DNA of 64,000 nt from Phormidesmis sp. (GTDB lineage: Bacteria; Cyanobacteriota; Cyanobacteriia; Leptolyngbyales; Leptolyngbyaceae): contig CBDFJR010000005.1 in NCBI GenBank assembly GCA_965248535.1, positions 1,728,001 to 1,792,000 of the forward strand, read 5' to 3'. A program made the translations under genes and the position numbers. Every line of letters starts with the position of its first letter. Within the stretch, counting starts at the first letter, position 1. The notes under the pieces are model-generated. The model saw only the letters and a program-made list of their open reading frames with translations, did not search any database and was not told the DNA's origin. Shown in pieces: positions 19,352-29,716 of the stretch.

Positions 19352-19495
19352 ATGTCTATCCGGCTATTGGCTAAACTGCCGCCACTGCATCGTGATCCAT
19401 TTGACCGGATGCCGATTTGTCAGGCTTTGCAAAATAGCCTGACTCTTGCGACGGTAGACGCAGCAGCTCGTGCCTACGCGATCCAAGCAGTCTAG
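19352..19495 (+). pseudogene. vapC: C-terminal fragment of PIN-domain (VapC) toxin
   Basis: Translates MSIRLLAKLPPLHRDPFDRMPICQALQNSLTLATVDAAARAYAIQAV*. Matches the HRDPFDR.L..QA...L.L.T.D motif; the N-terminal PIN region is missing. Confidence 0.8.
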
Positions 19496-19507
19496 AGCTG
19501 ATTTGAA

Positions 19508-20050
19508 TCACTTCAGCTTTTGTTTGATAAACGCCATGATTTGCCCCTGTTGCTTTTTCAGAGCGTCGATCTCAGCCTGCATCTTGGCGATTTTGTCATT
19601 GAGCGCCTGAATGTCTGCACCCGCCGCTCCTTCAGCGCTCACCGGAGCCGCAGCCACAACCGGAGCGGGGCGGCGTTTTGCCTTAGTCATCGCCATTTTG
19701 ATCGCCGTGATCAAAATCTTTTGATCAAACGGCTTCTGCACAAACTCAAAATATTCAAACGGCTCTTGCAGTTTTTCAGCCACTTCTTCTTTGCGCCCAG
19801 ACATCAGCACCAGCGGAATGCTCTGCAACTCTGGCTGAAGCTGAATCTGCTGAAAGACTTCCCAACCACTCATGCGCGGCAGCAAGAAATCTAGCATGAT
19901 CAAGTTAGGAAGCTCTTGCCGAATCATATTGATGCCCTGAACGCCGTCTTTGGCTTCTAGAACCTCAAAATTGCCCTTCGGCAACATATCACGCACCATG
20001 TTGCGGATAACAGCGCTGTCATCAATGACCACGATTTTATGACTTGCCAC
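19508..20050 (-). CDS. Response regulator receiver protein with C-terminal coiled coil
   Basis: VVIDDS, LIMLDFLLPRMSG, KPF. No DNA-binding domain. Confidence 0.85.
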   Translation of the reverse strand: MASHKIVVIDDSAVIRNMVRDMLPKGNFEVLEAKDGVQGINMIRQELPNLIMLDFLLPRMSGWEVFQQIQLQPELQSIPLVLMSGRKEEVAEKLQEPFEYFEFVQKPFDQKILITAIKMAMTKAKRRPAPVVAAAPVSAEGAAGADIQALNDKIAKMQAEIDALKKQQGQIMAFIKQKLK

Positions 20051-20337
20051 AACTGAACTCCTTTAAGAGTGACTGAAAACGAAGGAAGTGAACGGCGATG
20101 AATTTAAGATTAGATCATTAATCTAAGCAGAAAGTAGAAATCCTGAACGTCAAGCTGACTAATTCGAGGAGGCGGAGTCAACCTTTTGGGCTGAAGGTCA
20201 AAATAATATGCACTAGTGTACCCTCTATGATTGATAAATCACGGTGATCTGATCACCCTGAGAAAAACGGTTCTATAGAGCGATTTTTATTTTTTCTTTA
20301 GCTCGACTTCTGCTTGACCTTCAGCGTTCCCCTTTCT

Positions 20338-21273
20338 ATGCCGACTGAAACGAATCAAAATCTAGGGTCTGAATCTGCGTCACGATCGCCCAATATTGCA
20401 GCCATGCCAGACTGGTTGCGCCGCCCGATCGGGAAAGCCAGCGAGATTTCGACGGTGCAGCGCATTATCAAACAACGCCAGATTCACACGATTTGCGAAG
20501 AAGGACGCTGCCCCAACCGGGGAGAGTGCTATGCCCAAGGCACGGCTACGTTTTTGCTGATGGGGCCGGTGTGCACTCGCGCCTGTGGTTTTTGCCAGGT
20601 CGATAAAGGGCACGCTCCGATGCCGCTTGATGCAGACGAGCCACAAAAGGTGGCTGAGTCAGTGCGGCTGTTGGGGTTGCGCTATGTGGTGCTGACCTCG
20701 GTGGCGCGAGATGATTTGCCTGATCAGGGTTCTGGCTGGTTTGCGACGACGATCGCGGAAATTCGACGCGTCAACCCGTTGACTCAGATCGAGGTGCTGA
20801 CCCCTGATTTTTGGGGCGGTCGTAAGGATAATGAGACTCCCGAAGCGTTGCAGACTGGGCGAATAGCGATCGTGGTGGCGGCCAACCCGGTTTGTTATAA
20901 CCACAATATTGAGACGGTGCGGCGATTGCAGGCTCCGGTGCGGCGCGGCGCGACGTACGATCGTTCCCTGAGAGTTCTGCAAATCGTGAAAGATTTGAAT
21001 TCGACCATTCCTACCAAGTCGGGCTTGATGTTGGGGCACGGCGAAACCGAAGCCGAAGTGATCGAGACGCTGGCCGATTTGAGAGCCGTGAACTGCGATC
21101 GCTTGACGATCGGGCAATATCTGCGTCCCTCACTCGACCATCTGCCCGTGCAGAAATATTGGCACCCCGACGAGTTTGAGCGACTGGGCGCGATCGCCCG
21201 CGAAATGGGCTTTTCTCACGTCCGATCTGCGCCGCTAGTCCGCAGTTCTTATCACGCTGGGACAGATCAATAA
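20338..21273 (+). CDS. lipA: Lipoyl synthase
   Basis: [26 protein letters not shown]. Confidence 0.95.
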   Translation: MPTETNQNLGSESASRSPNIAAMPDWLRRPIGKASEISTVQRIIKQRQIHTICEEGRCPNRGECYAQGTATFLLMGPVCTRACGFCQVDKGHAPMPLDADEPQKVAESVRLLGLRYVVLTSVARDDLPDQGSGWFATTIAEIRRVNPLTQIEVLTPDFWGGRKDNETPEALQTGRIAIVVAANPVCYNHNIETVRRLQAPVRRGATYDRSLRVLQIVKDLNSTIPTKSGLMLGHGETEAEVIETLADLRAVNCDRLTIGQYLRPSLDHLPVQKYWHPDEFERLGAIAREMGFSHVRSAPLVRSSYHAGTDQ

Positions 21274-21367
21274 GCCTCGTTTGCCCGATGCTTAATCGAA
21301 ATTTACCTTTAGAGGTGCCCTTGTTTTGGTATCCCTTAAGAAGGTTATTAAATCTGGAGAATCGCTT

Positions 21368-21511
21368 ATGGCAACTCAAGCTGCTAAAAATCCGACAGGC
21401 GCAACCGCTAAAACGGGTAAGCCTCCCTATCCGTTTCGCACGGGCTGGGCGTTGTTACTTCTGGGCATTAACTTTGTCGTTGCAGCTTACTACTTTGGAA
21501 TTCTCAAGTAG
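21368..21511 (+). CDS. psaX: Photosystem I subunit PsaX
   Basis: KPPYPFRTGWALLLLGINFVVAAYYFGIL. Confidence 0.93.
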   Translation: MATQAAKNPTGATAKTGKPPYPFRTGWALLLLGINFVVAAYYFGILK

Positions 21512-21550
21512 TTGCGGCTAGCAGAGTCGCTCTGATTCACCCATTGAGGC

Positions 21551-21595
21551 TTCTCCCTAGTTTTTTCTCGATCGCTGAGACGAGATTAGGGAGAA
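21551..21595. terminator. Inverted repeat between convergent psaX and trpA
   Basis: TTCTCCCTA ... TAGGGAGAA stem. Confidence 0.5.
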
Positions 21596-21608
21596 CCTTT
21601 GATTGAGG

Positions 21609-22409
21609 TTATTCGGGCAAAAGGGCAGCTCTGAGACTTTTGCAAAATTCTTCGATCGATTTTAGCCCCTCAGCCGGAGTGCCTTCTGCCAGCCGCTTCA
21701 CAAAGGCGCTGCCCACAATGACCGCATCTGCCCCCCACTCCATGACTTGACGAGCGTGTTCGGGCTGAGAAATGCCAAACCCAACCCCGATCGGTTTGTC
21801 GGTGACGTTTCGCAGTTCCACGACCAAATCTTTGACGCGGGCTTGAATCTGAGTTCTTACGCCCGTTACGCCTGTGGTGCTGACTAAGTAGATAAATCCT
21901 TGTGACTGCTGCGCGATCGCCGCAATGCGCGCCTGCGGACTCGTCGGCGCAACCAGCAGAATGACTTCAATCCCACGTTCTCTAGCAGGTTTTAGCAGGC
22001 TGTCAGACTCTTCTAGGGGCAAATCAGGCACGACTAGACCCTTGACTCCTGCATCGGCGATGTCTTGCAAAAACTGATCGATGCCGCGATTGATAATCGG
22101 ATTGTAGTAAGTGAAGAGAATTAGGGGCGATCGTAGCGTTGGCGCAACCTGTTTGACCATCTTCAACACGTCATCTAGTCGGGTGCCCCGCTCTAGCGCA
22201 CGGGTCGCGGCGGCTTGAATCACCGGGCCATCAGCCAACGGATCAGAGTAGGGAACGCCCAACTCGATTAAATCAGCGCCAGAGCGATCGAGGACGCGCA
22301 ATGCTTCAGCTGTCGTCTCTAAATCGGGATCACCTGCGGTGATGAAGGGGATCAAAGCGCAGCGAGCATGATCCCGCAGATGCTCAAAGCATTGAGAAAC
22401 TGAAGTCAT
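21609..22409 (-). CDS. trpA: Tryptophan synthase alpha chain
   Basis: [38 protein letters not shown]. Confidence 0.97.
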   Translation of the reverse strand: MTSVSQCFEHLRDHARCALIPFITAGDPDLETTAEALRVLDRSGADLIELGVPYSDPLADGPVIQAAATRALERGTRLDDVLKMVKQVAPTLRSPLILFTYYNPIINRGIDQFLQDIADAGVKGLVVPDLPLEESDSLLKPARERGIEVILLVAPTSPQARIAAIAQQSQGFIYLVSTTGVTGVRTQIQARVKDLVVELRNVTDKPIGVGFGISQPEHARQVMEWGADAVIVGSAFVKRLAEGTPAEGLKSIEEFCKSLRAALLPE

Positions 22410-22502
22410 TTCTATCCTTATCATGAAGTGAAAATCTGGAGGAAAACAGACAATCAGTTTAAGCCGATCGGGGAATGGTTTTCTGCGATCGCCCCAGATT
22501 CT

Positions 22503-22817
22503 CTAGCCTTTAGCCTGCTGATTTTCTTGCTCGATTTCGGCTTGCAGGGCTGCCAGTTGGTCGGGGGTCAACTCTTCTAGACGTTTTTGCAGCACGGCTT
22601 CTTCATAGTCTCTTAGCTGCCGATCGTAGGTCATGTCTTTAGACAACACTCGCGTCAGATAGCTAAAAACCCAGACCACCAGAGCGCTGACTAAGAGCAC
22701 CTGACTCCAGATTCCCGCGTTCATGCTGTCTAGACCAACCCACTGCAACACCAAATACGCCAATCCGCCTGCTACAAAAACGCCCAGGGTGATCCCGATC
22801 GCATCAATTCGCCGCAT
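22503..22817 (-). CDS. DUF3007 family membrane protein
   Basis: MRRIDAI..., AGIWSQ, MTY..Q...YE..VLQKRLEEL. Lies downstream of ndhL. Confidence 0.8.
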   Translation of the reverse strand: MRRIDAIGITLGVFVAGGLAYLVLQWVGLDSMNAGIWSQVLLVSALVVWVFSYLTRVLSKDMTYDRQLRDYEEAVLQKRLEELTPDQLAALQAEIEQENQQAKG

Positions 22818-22840
22818 TCACTGACCCCTTGCCAAATAAT

Positions 22841-23053
22841 TTAGGCTTCAATGACTCGACGCTTTGGTCTAAAGTTGAGAAACGGCGCGAGTAACAGCAT
22901 TCCGGGGAAGAAGAGAAACACCAGAAAATACAATAAGGTGCGCTCGATCGAGCTAACCACATACCAGCGCTTTTGCAGATAGAGATAGAGCGCAAACGGC
23001 ACCACCACTAAATAGGCTCCGCCCAGAGCTAAATATAAAAGTGCAACTTCCAT
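22841..23053 (-). CDS. ndhL: NDH-1 subunit L
   Basis: YL.VVP...Y.YL.KRWY..SSIER...[20 protein letters not shown]. Confidence 0.93.
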   Translation of the reverse strand: MEVALLYLALGGAYLVVVPFALYLYLQKRWYVVSSIERTLLYFLVFLFFPGMLLLAPFLNFRPKRRVIEA

Positions 23054-23253
23054 CGGTTTATAGAAATAGCGTAGATTTGACTACCCTATCGTACCGTTAT
23101 TTCAACGGGGCAAGGCTTTTCTAAATCAAGACTGCTCAAGGTCAGAGAGTGAAAAATATCTATGAACCCAAGAATAAGAGCGACGCGATCGGGCAGAGAG
23201 TTGCACATCGGGTCAATTAGTGATGGAATAGAAGTCTGCGATTAACAAATCAT

Positions 23254-23336
23254 GGGGGCATGGCGGAATGGTAGACGCAACGGACTTAAAATCCGTTGAC
23301 TGCAAGGTCGTGAGGGTTCAAGTCCCTCTGCCCCCA
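23254..23336 (+). tRNA. trnL: tRNA-Leu (anticodon UAA), no intron, CCA not encoded
   Basis: GGGGGCA/TGCCCCC acceptor stem, GGCGGAATGGTAGACGC D-arm, ACGGA-CTTAAAA-TCCGT anticodon arm, long variable arm, GGTTCAAGTCC T-arm. Confidence 0.96.
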
Positions 23337-23636
23337 TCTAACAATTATTAGTTCCAAGTGCGCCGATCGCTCCAACCCTGGGGCGCTTATTGTCGCATCT
23401 CAGCGTTTTTGATAGATTAGAGAGCAGGATTCCTTCGACGGAAGGATTTTTTGAGCCGTAGGTTTCACTGAAGTCATCGCTGACAAAAACTTGTCTCGAC
23501 AGCGAGGGCCAACGTCGATCGCCAGAAAGCAGGGGATTCAAAAAAAAGTTTGATGATTTCCGATAAAATCCCCAATTGCATCAGTATCATCACTTAAGAA
23601 CGACAGTTTTCTGAAAATCTACCCTGCTTCGCTAAC

Positions 23637-25130
23637 TTGGTGCTGATACCCATGAACGGAACGCCCAATCGGGATTTGAGCAAGCTTCAGTCAGAATCCG
23701 TTGGGGCACAACCCATCTCCGATCGTCTTCCTAACCCATCTTTGGGCACTATGACTAATGGAATGATCGGAGAAATTCGGATGAATGGGCACCCGTCAGA
23801 ACCGCCCAAGCAACGATCGCGCTCTGGGCAAAACCTTCAACAGGCTCAAGAAACGGTTTATCGGTTTCTGCTTGACATCGTTAAAAAGTGGCCGCCCGAA
23901 GAAGTGCTGTTAGAGTTTAAGCGTCTCTTTCTCTACCATGTTGAAACGACTAGCTCTGGAGTCATCCAGGCAATTTATGAAATTGTCTTTAGCAATAACG
24001 AAGAAGAATTTAGAAATACGCTCAAGCGATCGTGCTACATTCTCATCAACAATTGGGATGCAAGTCGCAACTTTAAGCCGATTCAAGAGTTAATCAAAAT
24101 TTTTGAAGATAGCAGTCTCGATCGCCAAACAATTTCGCCAACGCTGAAGCGATTAAGAGCCTGGATCGACGGCTTTAGAAAAAGCAAAGATTATGCAGAG
24201 CTAAAGCTTTTTGCAGAGAGATATGACGAGTCTCGCAAAGGGCCGTGGGTCAATCGCTACACGTCTTATCTGCTCGTTCCTCAATATATTGACTCGACTA
24301 ACCCGATCGAGCAGAGAGAAGCCGCCCGCGCTCTATCGATGCAGCTTAAAGACAAGTTTAAGTTTAGTTTGGCGATGTATATTGCTAAATCTCAGTCGGC
24401 AACCTCCCTAGAAAGATTGCCTGAGAACCCGACGGCATTGGGCGATAACGTCTTGCAGTTGATCAAGACGATCGTGGCAAAGCGCGGTCAGTTTAGCTAT
24501 GCAAACTTAGCTAATATTTTCATCAATCAGACCCATCAGTTGAGCTATAGAGAGTTTAAACATGAGCTAAAACGATATTTAATTCTCTCCATTGATAGAA
24601 ACAAACTGACTGAAACTCTTCAGACAAAACTCGCCGAAAAACTAGATCCGCTCTATCTAGACTATAACCATGAGACTCTCAGTGAAGCGTTGATTTTGAG
24701 AACTTGTAATCGACTGATTGAGCATCTCACCACCGAAAATCGACGCGTTCCTTCTCCGCTGTTTGTGCTGCTTGTCTCTCAAGGCAGCCCAATGACGTTG
24801 GTGATTGTGCTGCTTAAATTGATTTTGATTTGCAAAAATGCGAGAACCCATTTAGAAGCGCAAATCGCTGAACTGATTCGCTATTATGAAGACTTTCCAG
24901 AAGATGAATGCTGGTGGGTGGTTAACTTTTTAGAAATTTTCAATGTCACGTTTGCGATCTATGCCGAGAACGTGCAATACAACCTGATCAAAATGGATAA
25001 AGACCAAGAGCCGCTCCAGATTCCCAAAGCGTCACCAGATCTAGACGCTTATCGAGTTTTTTCACAGCTTAAGCGCGATGTCGGGCCCAACCTCCCAGAT
25101 GAGAGAGACCTAACTGAACCTGCCGAATGA
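23637..25130 (+). CDS. Conserved hypothetical helical protein
   Basis: Long uninterrupted ORF (F..LKRSCYILINNW, RY.SYL, LRTC). True start probably a later ATG. Confidence 0.75.
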   Translation: MVLIPMNGTPNRDLSKLQSESVGAQPISDRLPNPSLGTMTNGMIGEIRMNGHPSEPPKQRSRSGQNLQQAQETVYRFLLDIVKKWPPEEVLLEFKRLFLYHVETTSSGVIQAIYEIVFSNNEEEFRNTLKRSCYILINNWDASRNFKPIQELIKIFEDSSLDRQTISPTLKRLRAWIDGFRKSKDYAELKLFAERYDESRKGPWVNRYTSYLLVPQYIDSTNPIEQREAARALSMQLKDKFKFSLAMYIAKSQSATSLERLPENPTALGDNVLQLIKTIVAKRGQFSYANLANIFINQTHQLSYREFKHELKRYLILSIDRNKLTETLQTKLAEKLDPLYLDYNHETLSEALILRTCNRLIEHLTTENRRVPSPLFVLLVSQGSPMTLVIVLLKLILICKNARTHLEAQIAELIRYYEDFPEDECWWVVNFLEIFNVTFAIYAENVQYNLIKMDKDQEPLQIPKASPDLDAYRVFSQLKRDVGPNLPDERDLTEPAE

Positions 25131-25131
25131 T

Positions 25132-26079
25132 TTATGAGCGGCGATCGTCCACTGTGACTAATCCGGCTCCGGCTAATTCTGCCAGGGTGTTGATAAACCG
25201 ATAGAGGGCAGCGACACTCAGCAGCTCGCCTGTTGAAAACCGCTGACCTAGCAGGGCGCTGCCACCAGACAGCAAGGCAACTACAACCGCTTCAAAAACT
25301 CCAACGCCGCCCGGCAACCCCGGAATTACAAAGCCCACAAGCCAGGCCACTGCAAACGCCGACATCACTAGGGGCACCTGATTAAAAGAAAGAGGCACGA
25401 TCGCTGTCAAGGTCAAAATAAATCCGAGGCTTCTCAGCCCCAAAAACCCAAGCTCACCCAAAAGCGGCTTGATGGGATAGCGCTTCATAGGAAGGATGAC
25501 GGATTGAGATGCCCCTGCCGCTTTCTGCTTGAGTTTAGCCAGATAGCCAACTAGGGGATTGAGACATCGGGGATGGACGATCGCGAGACCCACACCCAAC
25601 CCGACTAACGGCAGCAGTTGAGCCAGCCAACCATAGGTCAGCAAGAGGGGCTGCACGCCAATTAGCGCCATTAAGAGGGCCGCGATCGCCATCAGCAGTG
25701 GTTCTAGCAAGACGCTGACGATCGCGATTTCTGCCGGAACTCCGATCTGGGTAGCGGCGGAGATGCGGCCATAAAAATGCCAGATATTGCCCGGTAAATA
25801 TTTAGCAATATTGGTTTGCAGATAGGTTTTTATGCTCCAGACCGCTAGAACAGGCTGATGGAGCGATCGCAGAATCCAACTCCAGACCCAGCCTGCAACG
25901 ATGTGAGCAGAGAGCGTGATCCCCAGAGCGATCGCGAGACAGGCATATCCAGGAGCGTCTATCTGAATGGCGACAACTTCTTGCCAATGATCTTTGAGAG
26001 TCTTGGTCAGAAAAAATATCACCAGACCCACAATGAGCCAACGCAAAGAAGATTTGAGACGCGATCGAACGGTTTTCAT
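25132..26079 (-). CDS. Lysylphosphatidylglycerol synthase TM-domain (UPF0104) membrane protein
   Basis: AKYLPGNIWH, PGLPGGVGVFE, multiple TM helices. Confidence 0.8.
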   Translation of the reverse strand: MKTVRSRLKSSLRWLIVGLVIFFLTKTLKDHWQEVVAIQIDAPGYACLAIALGITLSAHIVAGWVWSWILRSLHQPVLAVWSIKTYLQTNIAKYLPGNIWHFYGRISAATQIGVPAEIAIVSVLLEPLLMAIAALLMALIGVQPLLLTYGWLAQLLPLVGLGVGLAIVHPRCLNPLVGYLAKLKQKAAGASQSVILPMKRYPIKPLLGELGFLGLRSLGFILTLTAIVPLSFNQVPLVMSAFAVAWLVGFVIPGLPGGVGVFEAVVVALLSGGSALLGQRFSTGELLSVAALYRFINTLAELAGAGLVTVDDRRS

Positions 26080-26558
26080 AAACTGAAATTAGTTTTCTCT
26101 TAAGTTCAATTTAATTCAATTCGCTCATAATTGCGATGGACAGAGAAATTACTAGCAATCTCTCTAGAGTTAGAGAAGCCGAGCTTCTATCTAATGATGA
26201 ATGAGTCTTTTGCTAGAGGCGATCGTAGCTGAGAGATTTGTAGTCTTGATAGGCGATTTGAGTTGGAGAGATCTCGAATTTCAGTAGGGTTGAGCAACTT
26301 GAATTGTAAAACTTAAAGCTGCTATTTCCAAAAGAGAAAAGAACTGGTTTATGAAATTTGTGACAGTCCTTTTTTAAGCTGTTTGAATTCAATAACCTAT
26401 GTCTCTTTTGGTGAAATATGCTCTCTTTGCGTTTGAAAAGATCTAGTAGCTCCTGTATTTTTCTGTCTTAGAGCAGGTGCTAGGTCTGCTCTTGATGAGT
26501 AGATTTGCTGTTTAACTCGTTCTAACTAATCAAATCAATCCAAGTCAATGGAGTCGAT

Positions 26559-27260
26559 ATGAATAAACTTGTTTCTGTGATTAAATCAATTCGGTTAGGT
26601 CAAGCTTTAACTGCTTTTCTAGCAGGTGTTTTATTGCTGGTTAGCACGGCTTGTGCAGGCAACGCTCAAGCAAAAATGCCTCAAGACAATATGCTCAAAG
26701 GCGCAGGCTCAAATCCAGTTGGGCAGAGCCAACCCTATGAAGGCGGCATGAACAACTTTAGCGACACGGCACCGGGCCAAGCGGCTAAAGGAACGGCTGC
26801 AAAAACTAAGGCGCTGATCGATCGGGCAGAGCGCGACATCAACACCAAGCGAGTAGATAGCGTTGATCAATATGTTGACAACTATCGTTCGGGTGCGCCT
26901 CTAGATGAGAGAGCGAAGAAGTTTACTGATAACGTGAAGGGAGCCGTCAAAGGCACGGCAGATGACGCAAAAGGGTTTGGCGATCGGGTGTCTGATGTCA
27001 GCGATCGCGTCGGCGACAAATCAAAAGCACTGGGTCAGCGCATCAAGAACAGTGCAGACAACGTTGCCGAAAACACCAAGCAAGCCAGCGATAACACGGT
27101 GAAAAGCGCTAAGAACGCGGCAGAGGCTCTCAAAGACAACACCCAAGACGCTGCTAAGAGTGTTTCTCGGAGCGTCAAGGATGCTGCCAAAGACGCAGCC
27201 CAAGCCACCGAAGATGCGGCCAAGACTGCCAACCGCAAGGTTCAAACTTCGATCGACTAA
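26559..27260 (+). CDS. LEA-like / general stress lipoprotein
   Basis: Lipobox STAC, YEGGMNNFSD motif, Ala/Lys/Asp-rich 11-mer-like repeats. Confidence 0.7.
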   Translation: MNKLVSVIKSIRLGQALTAFLAGVLLLVSTACAGNAQAKMPQDNMLKGAGSNPVGQSQPYEGGMNNFSDTAPGQAAKGTAAKTKALIDRAERDINTKRVDSVDQYVDNYRSGAPLDERAKKFTDNVKGAVKGTADDAKGFGDRVSDVSDRVGDKSKALGQRIKNSADNVAENTKQASDNTVKSAKNAAEALKDNTQDAAKSVSRSVKDAAKDAAQATEDAAKTANRKVQTSID

Positions 27261-27292
27261 CCCTGCTGAGCTTGGACGATGCAAGCCCATCA

Positions 27293-28687
27293 TTACAGTC
27301 TGAAAAAAGCTAGGGACCCTCTCCTGGCTTTTTTCATGACTGGATATACCAAGCATTGCAGCGCCACTTGATGAATCTCTCGCCACGCTACACCATGCTG
27401 ACGGGCAAGCTGGGCACAGTCTTCATATTCTGGCTGGACGTTGACGATCGTGCCGTCTTTTTGCCGGGCGACTTTGATCTGAACAGTTCCATAGTGAGTC
27501 TCAACGGGGTAAAAGGCCCGATCGAGCACCGATCGCTTCTGAAGCGTGTGACGAATGCCCAAGGTGCTAGTTTCTCGAAACAGGACAGCTTCACACTCAG
27601 TCTTTTTGGCAGGCGGACAAATCACCGTCAGCAAAACCCCCGGACGCGATTTTTTCATGCCGATCGCTTGAGTAAACACATCCACTGCACCCACGGCAAA
27701 CAAAGCCTCAAAGACATACCCGATCGCTTGGGGGTTGAGATCATCAATCTGAGTGGATAGCACTGAAATAGATTCAGAAGGGTCTACCAATGCAGGGACG
27801 GCTTGAGCAGGTGGAGTGTGGGTGTGATGGGTTAAATCTTCGTGGGACTCCTTCGCTTCGCCGATCCACAGCCGCAAGATGTTGGGAATCGGCAAATCAC
27901 GCGACCCGGCACCCAAGCCAATCTTCTGCAAAGTCATCGCAGGCGGCGCACCAAATTGTGTGGCTAACGTCGTGACGATCGCGGCCCCGGTTGGCGTGAC
28001 TAACTCTCGCTCAATGCCATTGCTGTAGAGAGGCACGTTTCGCAACTCACAGAGCTTAAGCACGGCAGGCACGGGCACAGGCAATCGACCATGAGCCGCC
28101 CAAACCGTGCCGCCCCCGGTTGGCAGCGCCGAACAGTAGAGGCGATCGAGACCGAGCCAATCAAAGCCTAAACAGGTGCCGACGATATCCACGATCGCGT
28201 CGATCGCCCCCACTTCATGAAAATGCACTTGCTCTGCCGGAACGCCATGCACCGCTCCCTCAGCCTCTGCCAACTGCCGAAATATTTGAAGGCTCCAAGC
28301 CTCAGCCCGTTGAGGTAGCTCTGCCTGCTTGATCATCTGCTCAATTTCGGGTAGATGCCGCAGTTGCGATCCGGTCGTTAGCGGACGATCATCCTGATGA
28401 TGATGGGAATGAGCGTGATCGTGGGAGTGACTATGAACAGCGATCGGGGTTTCTGTCTCGATCGAGCCGGGGTGAACGTGATTCTTGAGCAGATCGACCC
28501 AAACCTTCGTCGCCTGTTGCCCATTGCGATGCACAAGCTCTGCCCGCAGACGATACTCCTCGGCAATGCCCAAGCGATCGAGGTGCTCAGTCAGGTAGTC
28601 TAAAGGAACGCCTGCACTGATCAGCGCCCCTAGACACATATCTCCGGCGATTCCCGTTGGGCACTCTAGATAAGCAATTTTTTGCAT
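27293..28687 (-). CDS. larC: Nickel pincer cofactor biosynthesis protein LarC
   Basis: GIAGDM.LGAL, His-rich linker, [30 protein letters not shown]. Confidence 0.93.
   Translation of the reverse strand: MQKIAYLECPTGIAGDMCLGALISAGVPLDYLTEHLDRLGIAEEYRLRAELVHRNGQQATKVWVDLLKNHVHPGSIETETPIAVHSHSHDHAHSHHHQDDRPLTTGSQLRHLPEIEQMIKQAELPQRAEAWSLQIFRQLAEAEGAVHGVPAEQVHFHEVGAIDAIVDIVGTCLGFDWLGLDRLYCSALPTGGGTVWAAHGRLPVPVPAVLKLCELRNVPLYSNGIERELVTPTGAAIVTTLATQFGAPPAMTLQKIGLGAGSRDLPIPNILRLWIGEAKESHEDLTHHTHTPPAQAVPALVDPSESISVLSTQIDDLNPQAIGYVFEALFAVGAVDVFTQAIGMKKSRPGVLLTVICPPAKKTECEAVLFRETSTLGIRHTLQKRSVLDRAFYPVETHYGTVQIKVARQKDGTIVNVQPEYEDCAQLARQHGVAWREIHQVALQCLVYPVMKKARRGSLAFFRL
27302..27335. terminator. Hairpin terminator of the LEA-like gene lying inside the larC 3' end
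   Basis: GAAAAAAGCTAGG-gaccctct-CCTGGCTTTTTTC. Confidence 0.55.
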
Positions 28688-28747
28688 CGCTATAGAAACT
28701 CAGATAGTTTTCTCTACACCCTAACCCTTGATAGTTGATCTTAATTT

Positions 28748-29419
28748 ATGGCAACCGTTTATAAAATTCATCCCGTCAATCCCCAACGTCGAGGCGTTGA
28801 TCAAGTCATTAGTGCCTTGCAAAGCGGGGCGGTGATGCTCTACCCAACTGACACGGTGTATGCGATCGGCTGTGACCTCAACTCTAAGTCAGCCGTGCAG
28901 CGAGTCAGGCAACTCAAGCAAATGTCTAACGACAAGCCGCTGACCTTTCTGTGCCCGTCACTGTCTAACATTGCTCAATATGCAGTGGTGAGTGACCAGG
29001 CTTATCGGATTATGAAAGGACTGGTTCCCGGGCCCTATACCTTTTTGCTGCCCGCTACTAAGCTGGTGCCCAAACTGGTGCTGCATCCCAAACGCAAAAC
29101 CACAGGCATTAGAGTGCCCGATCATCCCCTGTGTCAGGCGCTGCTAGAGTCGCTGGGCAACCCGATCGTTTCGACTTCTGCTCACATTTTGGCAACTGAC
29201 CAACTGCCCAAGTCAAAGACCCGCGAGGCTAAAAATTTATCGCTAGCGGAACTGTTTGATGCGATGGAGGGTCTAGTCGATCTAATTGTAGACACAGGTG
29301 AAGAACCGTCTGATCAAGGGTCTACGATCTTAGATCTGACGAGCGACGAACCGACGGTGATTCGACGAGGGTTAGGGTGGGACGCGATCGCTGACCTGGC
29401 CATCGCAGAGGAAGTTTAG
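28748..29419 (+). CDS. Sua5/YciO/YrdC family protein
   Basis: YPTDTVYAIGC, PGPYT, GIRVPD, STSA, STILD. Confidence 0.9.
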   Translation: MATVYKIHPVNPQRRGVDQVISALQSGAVMLYPTDTVYAIGCDLNSKSAVQRVRQLKQMSNDKPLTFLCPSLSNIAQYAVVSDQAYRIMKGLVPGPYTFLLPATKLVPKLVLHPKRKTTGIRVPDHPLCQALLESLGNPIVSTSAHILATDQLPKSKTREAKNLSLAELFDAMEGLVDLIVDTGEEPSDQGSTILDLTSDEPTVIRRGLGWDAIADLAIAEEV

Positions 29420-29716
29420 ATTTTTCCTAAATTCTCCTGAATTCTCACGGCTTCCTCTAACAACCACTTTCGCAATCGTCCATTAGAACGCAGTAGTATA
29501 TTGTTTAACAGGTTTAGAGGAGGTTTGATACGGAGATGCTGAGATCGTAGACCCTGCATCGATTGCACTGACCCGATAACACCTCGCCCTACTCAGAGGC
29601 TGCGTCTCTAAAAGTGACCAACTGAGAAACTGACCTCCCGATCGCTAAACTTGCCGGAAGACACCGGGAGACAGCGTGTATCAACTGGTGTGCAATACCG
29701 AAGTTTGGTTTCCGAC

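Noticed and set aside
23337..23636. Integrative element at the tRNA-Leu 3' end
   Set aside because: No integrase and no duplicated tRNA 3' end seen; downstream DNA looks host-like and contains HIP1.
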